Assembly (NCBI RefSeq): GCF_019459675.1
Contig: NZ_JAIBFH010000435.1
Location: 1 to 40,599, forward strand
Source of the DNA: Arenimonas sp.
GTDB taxonomy: Bacteria > Pseudomonadota > Gammaproteobacteria > Xanthomonadales > Xanthomonadaceae
DNA: 40,599 nucleotides
Direction of reading: 5' to 3'
Part shown: piece after piece, positions 37,213 through 40,599 of the stretch
Layout: every line of letters starts with the position of its first letter
Position numbering within the stretch: position 1 is the stretch's first letter
Notes under the pieces: generated by a model
The model's database searches: none
What the model saw: only the letters and a program-made list of their open reading frames with translations
Told to the model about the DNA's origin: nothing
Translations under genes and position numbers: made by a program

Positions 37213-38291
37213 AGACGGGCTGCAGCGCCATCGTGATGGTGGTGGACGACCAAGAGGCGAACGTGCGCACCGTTGGCGGTCTGCTGGTGCGCGCCGGGTT
37301 CGACGTGGTGCCCTGCTTCAGCGGCCAGGAGGCCCTGGACCGCATGGCGGCCGGCCTTCCCGACCTGGTGCTCCTGGACATGCGCATGCCGGTGATGGAC
37401 GGTTTCCAGGTGCTGGAGCGGCTGCAGGCCGACGAAGCAACACGCCAGCTGCCGGTGATCTTCCTCACCGCCGACCACGAGCGCGAATCGCTGGTGCGGG
37501 CCTTCGCCAGCGGCGCGGTGGACTATGTCACCAAGCCCTTCGTGCCCGGCGAGCTGCTGGCGCGCGTGCGCACGCACTGCGAGCTTAAGTTGTCGCGCGA
37601 CCGTCAGCAGCAGCTCGCACGGGAACGCCAGGAAAGCCTGGAGTTGATCGCGCACGACCTGCGCAACCACTTCACCAACGTGATGTTTGCCAGCGAACTG
37701 CTGGCGGCGGGCGGCCTGGCCGACCAGCAGCGCGAGCGTCTTGCGGCGTCCATACGCAGTTCGGCCGATGCCGGGCTGCTGTTCCTGCAGGCGGTGCTGG
37801 ACCAGGCCGCGGGTGAAGTGCAGGGCCTGGCCCTGGAGCCACTGCCGGCCTCGCAGGTGTTCCAGGACGCCGTGGACGTGATGGCCGTGCAGGCGGCGGC
37901 CAAGGGCATGCGCTTCGAGCTGGATCTTGATCCACGGCTGCTGGTGCGCGGCCAGCGCGACGCCGTGGGGCACGTGCTGCAGAACCTGATTTCCAACGCC
38001 ATCAAGTACGCGCCCGGCGGCAGCGTGGTGACGCTGTCGGCGCAGGCGCACGACAACAATGCGCGGCTGCGGGTGCTGGACATGGGGCCGGGCGTGTCGG
38101 ACCTGGAGCAGGCGTCCCTGTTCCAGCGCTTCGTCACGCTGTCCAGCCAGCCCACCGGAGGCGAAACCGCCACCGGGCTCGGGCTGGCCCTGGCCAAGCA
38201 GAAGTCGCGCGCGCTCGGTGGCGACCTCTGGTACGAACATCGCGCGGGCGGGGGTGCCTGCTTCACGCTGGAGTTGCCGCGCGTGCCGTGA
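37209..38291 (+). CDS. Cytoplasmic REC-histidine kinase hybrid
   Basis: N-terminal REC (VVDD, LLDMRMP, DYVTKPF); AHDLRN H-box; NLISNAIKY, DMGPG, TGLGL. ATGA overlap with the upstream kinase. Confidence 0.92.
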   Translation: MKTGCSAIVMVVDDQEANVRTVGGLLVRAGFDVVPCFSGQEALDRMAAGLPDLVLLDMRMPVMDGFQVLERLQADEATRQLPVIFLTADHERESLVRAFASGAVDYVTKPFVPGELLARVRTHCELKLSRDRQQQLARERQESLELIAHDLRNHFTNVMFASELLAAGGLADQQRERLAASIRSSADAGLLFLQAVLDQAAGEVQGLALEPLPASQVFQDAVDVMAVQAAAKGMRFELDLDPRLLVRGQRDAVGHVLQNLISNAIKYAPGGSVVTLSAQAHDNNARLRVLDMGPGVSDLEQASLFQRFVTLSSQPTGGETATGLGLALAKQKSRALGGDLWYEHRAGGGACFTLELPRVP

Positions 38292-38317
38292 GCCCGCCTG
38301 CCCCCCCGCCATGAGGA

Positions 38318-38345
38318 AGGGCGCGCCTTGCGGCGCGCCCTCTTT
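38318..38345. terminator. Terminator between the convergent kinase and entericidin genes
   Basis: AGGGCGCGCC-TTGC-GGCGCGCCCT followed by CTTT. Confidence 0.7.
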
Positions 38346-38369
38346 GCCTCAAGGCCTGGAAAGCGCCCC

Positions 38370-38522
38370 TCAGTTCTTGGCGTCTTCCGCCGTTTCTTCG
38401 ATCACTTCACCGGCTTTCTTGACGTCCTGGCCAGCGCCCGAAATGGTGTTGCAGGCGGTGAGCGAGCCGAGCGCGAAGCCCAGCAGAGCGAGGGCAGCGA
38501 AAGTGCGCAGCGTGGTCTTCAT
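38370..38522 (-). CDS. Entericidin A/B family lipoprotein
   Basis: LTACNTISGAGQDVKKAGE.IE; AAGGA RBS. Confidence 0.92.
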   Translation of the reverse strand: MKTTLRTFAALALLGFALGSLTACNTISGAGQDVKKAGEVIEETAEDAKN

Positions 38523-38608
38523 GGTGATTCCTTGGCGTGGTGGAACGTGGAGAGGCTTTCTGGATCCCGGGTAGGGGATCGGCCGTGGCCGATCCTGTCC
38601 AAAACAAC

Positions 38609-38624
38609 TACAAGAAGCGTGCCA
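38609..38624 (-). promoter_or_regulatory. Sigma-54-like promoter of the entericidin gene
   Basis: Minus strand TGGCACGCTTCTTGTA: perfect -24 element, -12 reads GT instead of GC. Confidence 0.5.
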
Positions 38625-38644
38625 ACCTTGCCCTGCACGCACTG

Positions 38645-38689
38645 TGCGCAATGCACGCGTCATTCGATCACAGCGACTTGCGAAATGCA
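38645..38689. promoter_or_regulatory. Paired TGC-N5-GCA sites between divergent sigma-54 promoters
   Basis: TGCGCAATGCA (38645-38655) and TGCGAAATGCA (38679-38689). Confidence 0.5.
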
Positions 38690-38775
38690 CGACGCCCGGC
38701 CGGGCCGCCGTGCAGCGTGCACGTCCGCCGCCGCAAGGACGGCGCGACAGCCCTTTGGCAAGGGCCCGGGGCGGT

Positions 38776-38791
38776 TGGCACAGGACTTGCT
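38776..38791 (+). promoter_or_regulatory. Sigma-54 promoter of the lipoprotein/PA2169 genes
   Basis: TGGCACAGGACTTGCT, exact consensus. Confidence 0.8.
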
Positions 38792-38880
38792 GTCTGTTCC
38801 ATGACGTCGCTCTGCGACTCCGTGACGCCCTCATCCTTTGCGGCGCCGCGAATACCTACCCCCCAAAGCGGAGTTTCCCC

Positions 38881-39330
38881 ATGAACAAGCTCACCCTTTC
38901 CGCCCTGTCGTTCGCCATCGTGCTCGGCATGGCCGGCTGCCAGCCCGAAACCCCGGCCGAAACCCAGCAGGACGTTGCCGAGGCGCGCGTTGACGCCAAT
39001 GAAGAAGTCCGTGATGCGCAGCTTGACGCCAACCAGACCGCCCTGGACAACAACGCCGACATCTCCGACGAGATGGCGACTGGCGACGCCAGTGACGTGA
39101 GCGATGCCCGCGTCGACGCCACCGAAGACACTGCCGAAGCCCGCCACGACGTGGCGATGGCCAAGGCCGACGGCGAGCTTTCCATCGCCAAGGAGCGCTG
39201 TGACGGCGTGGCCGACGTGGACCGTGATGCCTGCAACGCGGCTGCGGACGCCGAGTACGAAGCCGCCAAGGCTGCGGCCACGGCCGACCTGGATGCCGCC
39301 AACGCCAACGCCGAGGCGATGAAGCGCTGA
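38881..39330 (+). CDS. Acidic Ala/Asp-rich helical lipoprotein
   Basis: Lipobox MAGC; repeated DV.EAR.DA motifs; Cys pair ERCD...DAC; GGAG RBS. Confidence 0.85.
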   Translation: MNKLTLSALSFAIVLGMAGCQPETPAETQQDVAEARVDANEEVRDAQLDANQTALDNNADISDEMATGDASDVSDARVDATEDTAEARHDVAMAKADGELSIAKERCDGVADVDRDACNAAADAEYEAAKAAATADLDAANANAEAMKR

Positions 39331-39421
39331 GCCCTCGGGCTTTCAGCTGAAACCGGTGCACGGCCGCGCGCCGTGCACCGATGCCGGGCCCAGCGCCCGG
39401 CCCCCCCAATGGAGAAACCAG

Positions 39422-39868
39422 ATGACCCAGAATAAAACCGCCGCCAGCATCAACGACCTCGTGGAAGCCCTCAACGACGGTGTTGCCTTCTATGACCACG
39501 CCGCGGGCGAAGCCAAGGAAGCGGGCCACAAGCAGCTGTTCCTCGACATGAGCCGCATCAAGCGCAGCATCGCCACCGACCTCAAGTCGGAAGTGCTGCG
39601 CCAGGGCGGTGAGCCGGCCAATGACAGCAGCTGGCTGGGTGAATTCCGCCAGGGCTACGCCGACCTCAAGGCGAAGATGGTGAAGGACTCGGACGGCGCC
39701 TACATCGACTCGCTGGAAGCCCAGGAAGACCGCGTGCTGCACGCCTTCCGCGATGCCGTGGACGCTGACCAGCCCGTGCGCGTGCGCGAAATCGCCGCCA
39801 AGTACCTGCCCGAAGTGCAGGGCATGCATGACCGCATGCGTGCGCTGAAGCTGGCCAAGAAGGCCTGA
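39422..39868 (+). CDS. PA2169/DUF2383 family four-helix-bundle (ferritin-like) protein
   Basis: NDLVEALNDG..FY..AA, V...GGEP, LEAQEDR...AF, HDRMR.LK; GGAG RBS. Confidence 0.88.
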   Translation: MTQNKTAASINDLVEALNDGVAFYDHAAGEAKEAGHKQLFLDMSRIKRSIATDLKSEVLRQGGEPANDSSWLGEFRQGYADLKAKMVKDSDGAYIDSLEAQEDRVLHAFRDAVDADQPVRVREIAAKYLPEVQGMHDRMRALKLAKKA

Positions 39869-39944
39869 TCATCGGGCCTCCGGGCCGCCCGTCCCGCCGT
39901 GTATGCGGTGGATCGGCGGCCCGGCAGGCCACGAAGCAAGACAC

Positions 39945-39976
39945 AAAGACCGGCCAATTGGCCGGTCTTTTTGTTT
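39945..39976 (+). terminator. Rho-independent terminator
   Basis: AAAGACCGGCCAATTGGCCGGTCTTT perfect palindrome plus TTGTTT. Confidence 0.85.
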
Positions 39977-40108
39977 GGCCGCGGGAAAACAGGCGTTTTT
40001 TGCCAATTTGGGCTTGGCGCGGCGGCCAACTTGGCCTACATTCGCACTGCCGGAGGGTTTTCCAGGCACCCCAACCACCCAATCAAGCAACAACGGGAAT
40101 ATAAAAAC

Positions 40109-40492
40109 ATGGCTACCAAGAAAGCTGCTGCAAAGAAGAAGGCTGCCCCGAAGGCCGCCGCCAAGCCGGCCGCCCCGAAGGCGATCAAGGAAGCGCTGAC
40201 CAAGTCCGGTCTTGTCGCCCACATCGCCGAAGGTACCGGCGTTGCCGCCAAGGACGTCCGTGCGGTGATGGCTGCCCTCGAAGGCGCCGTGCACGGTTCG
40301 GTCAGCAAGAAGGGCGCGGGTTCGTTCACGCTGCCGGGCCTGCTGAAGATCTCGGTCGTCAACGTGCCGGCCAAGGCCAAGCGCAAGGGCATCAACCCGT
40401 TCACCAAGGAAGAGCAGTGGTTCGCCGCCAAGCCGGCCTCGGTCAAGGTGAAGGTCCGCCCGCTCAAGAAGCTCAAGGACGCCGCGGCCTGA
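40109..40492 (+). CDS. HU-family histone-like DNA-binding protein with a Lys/Ala-rich N-terminal tail
   Basis: MATKKAAAKKKAAPK tail; LTKS.LV..IAE, FTLPGLLKI, RKGINPFT.E, AKPAS..VK.RPLKKLKD. Confidence 0.92.
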   Translation: MATKKAAAKKKAAPKAAAKPAAPKAIKEALTKSGLVAHIAEGTGVAAKDVRAVMAALEGAVHGSVSKKGAGSFTLPGLLKISVVNVPAKAKRKGINPFTKEEQWFAAKPASVKVKVRPLKKLKDAAA

Positions 40493-40599
40493 TCCAGGCC
40501 CGCGATCCCGTCGGCGCCTGCGGCGAGGGGGAGCAAAACCACGGGGTGGGGGCGCCGCAGCGGGCCCCCCCGGGTTTATTTGGGGTGGGGGGGGGGGGG

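Noticed and set aside
38370-38522. Entericidin as a toxin-antitoxin pair
   Set aside because: Only one ecn gene is present, and single copies are common stress lipoproteins.
40540-40599. G-rich tail as a G-quadruplex or repeat
   Set aside because: Terminal poly-G is typical of two-colour sequencing artefacts, and the preceding hairpin looks like a corrupted terminator.
1-40599. CRISPR arrays, tRNA/rRNA, IS elements, integrases
   Set aside because: I saw no regularly spaced repeats, RNA gene signatures or transposase/recombinase motifs by eye. Short ncRNAs could be missed without a covariance-model search.

Overview
High-GC, gene-dense window with about 37 CDS. It looks like a Xanthomonadales-type gammaproteobacterium (inference from the AlgB, HU-like, entericidin and lipoprotein content). 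It is probably a whole metagenomic contig with error-prone ends: an in-frame stop near base 60 and a poly-G tail. I found no rRNA, tRNA, CRISPR array or IS element. Main blocks: (1) a 5'-truncated, tightly coupled locus encoding a CHAT/caspase-like protease, an Avs1a/ComEC-like MBL-fold hydrolase and a DUF2235 (Tle1-like) lipase, which is the best candidate for an undescribed protease-gated defence/cell-death system; (2) a PQQ sugar dehydrogenase, a WYL regulator divergent from a GST, an exported alpha/beta hydrolase and an orphan ATP-grasp ligase; (3) a complete agmatine deiminase pathway with an atypical carbamoyltransferase and a convergent carbamate kinase; (4) CopA, an iodotyrosine-deiodinase-like flavoprotein, CsbD, a Sel1 protein, a 1352-aa FG-GAP/FN3/Calx-beta protein, an amidohydrolase, LysR/CPBP, SelO and a macrodomain; (5) an AlgB-TspO-two-hybrid-kinase cluster among small stress genes, with several sigma-54 promoters and a recurring paired TGC-N5-GCA motif that suggest a sigma-54 general-stress regulon. 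All family calls come from motif recognition by eye, not from database searches.
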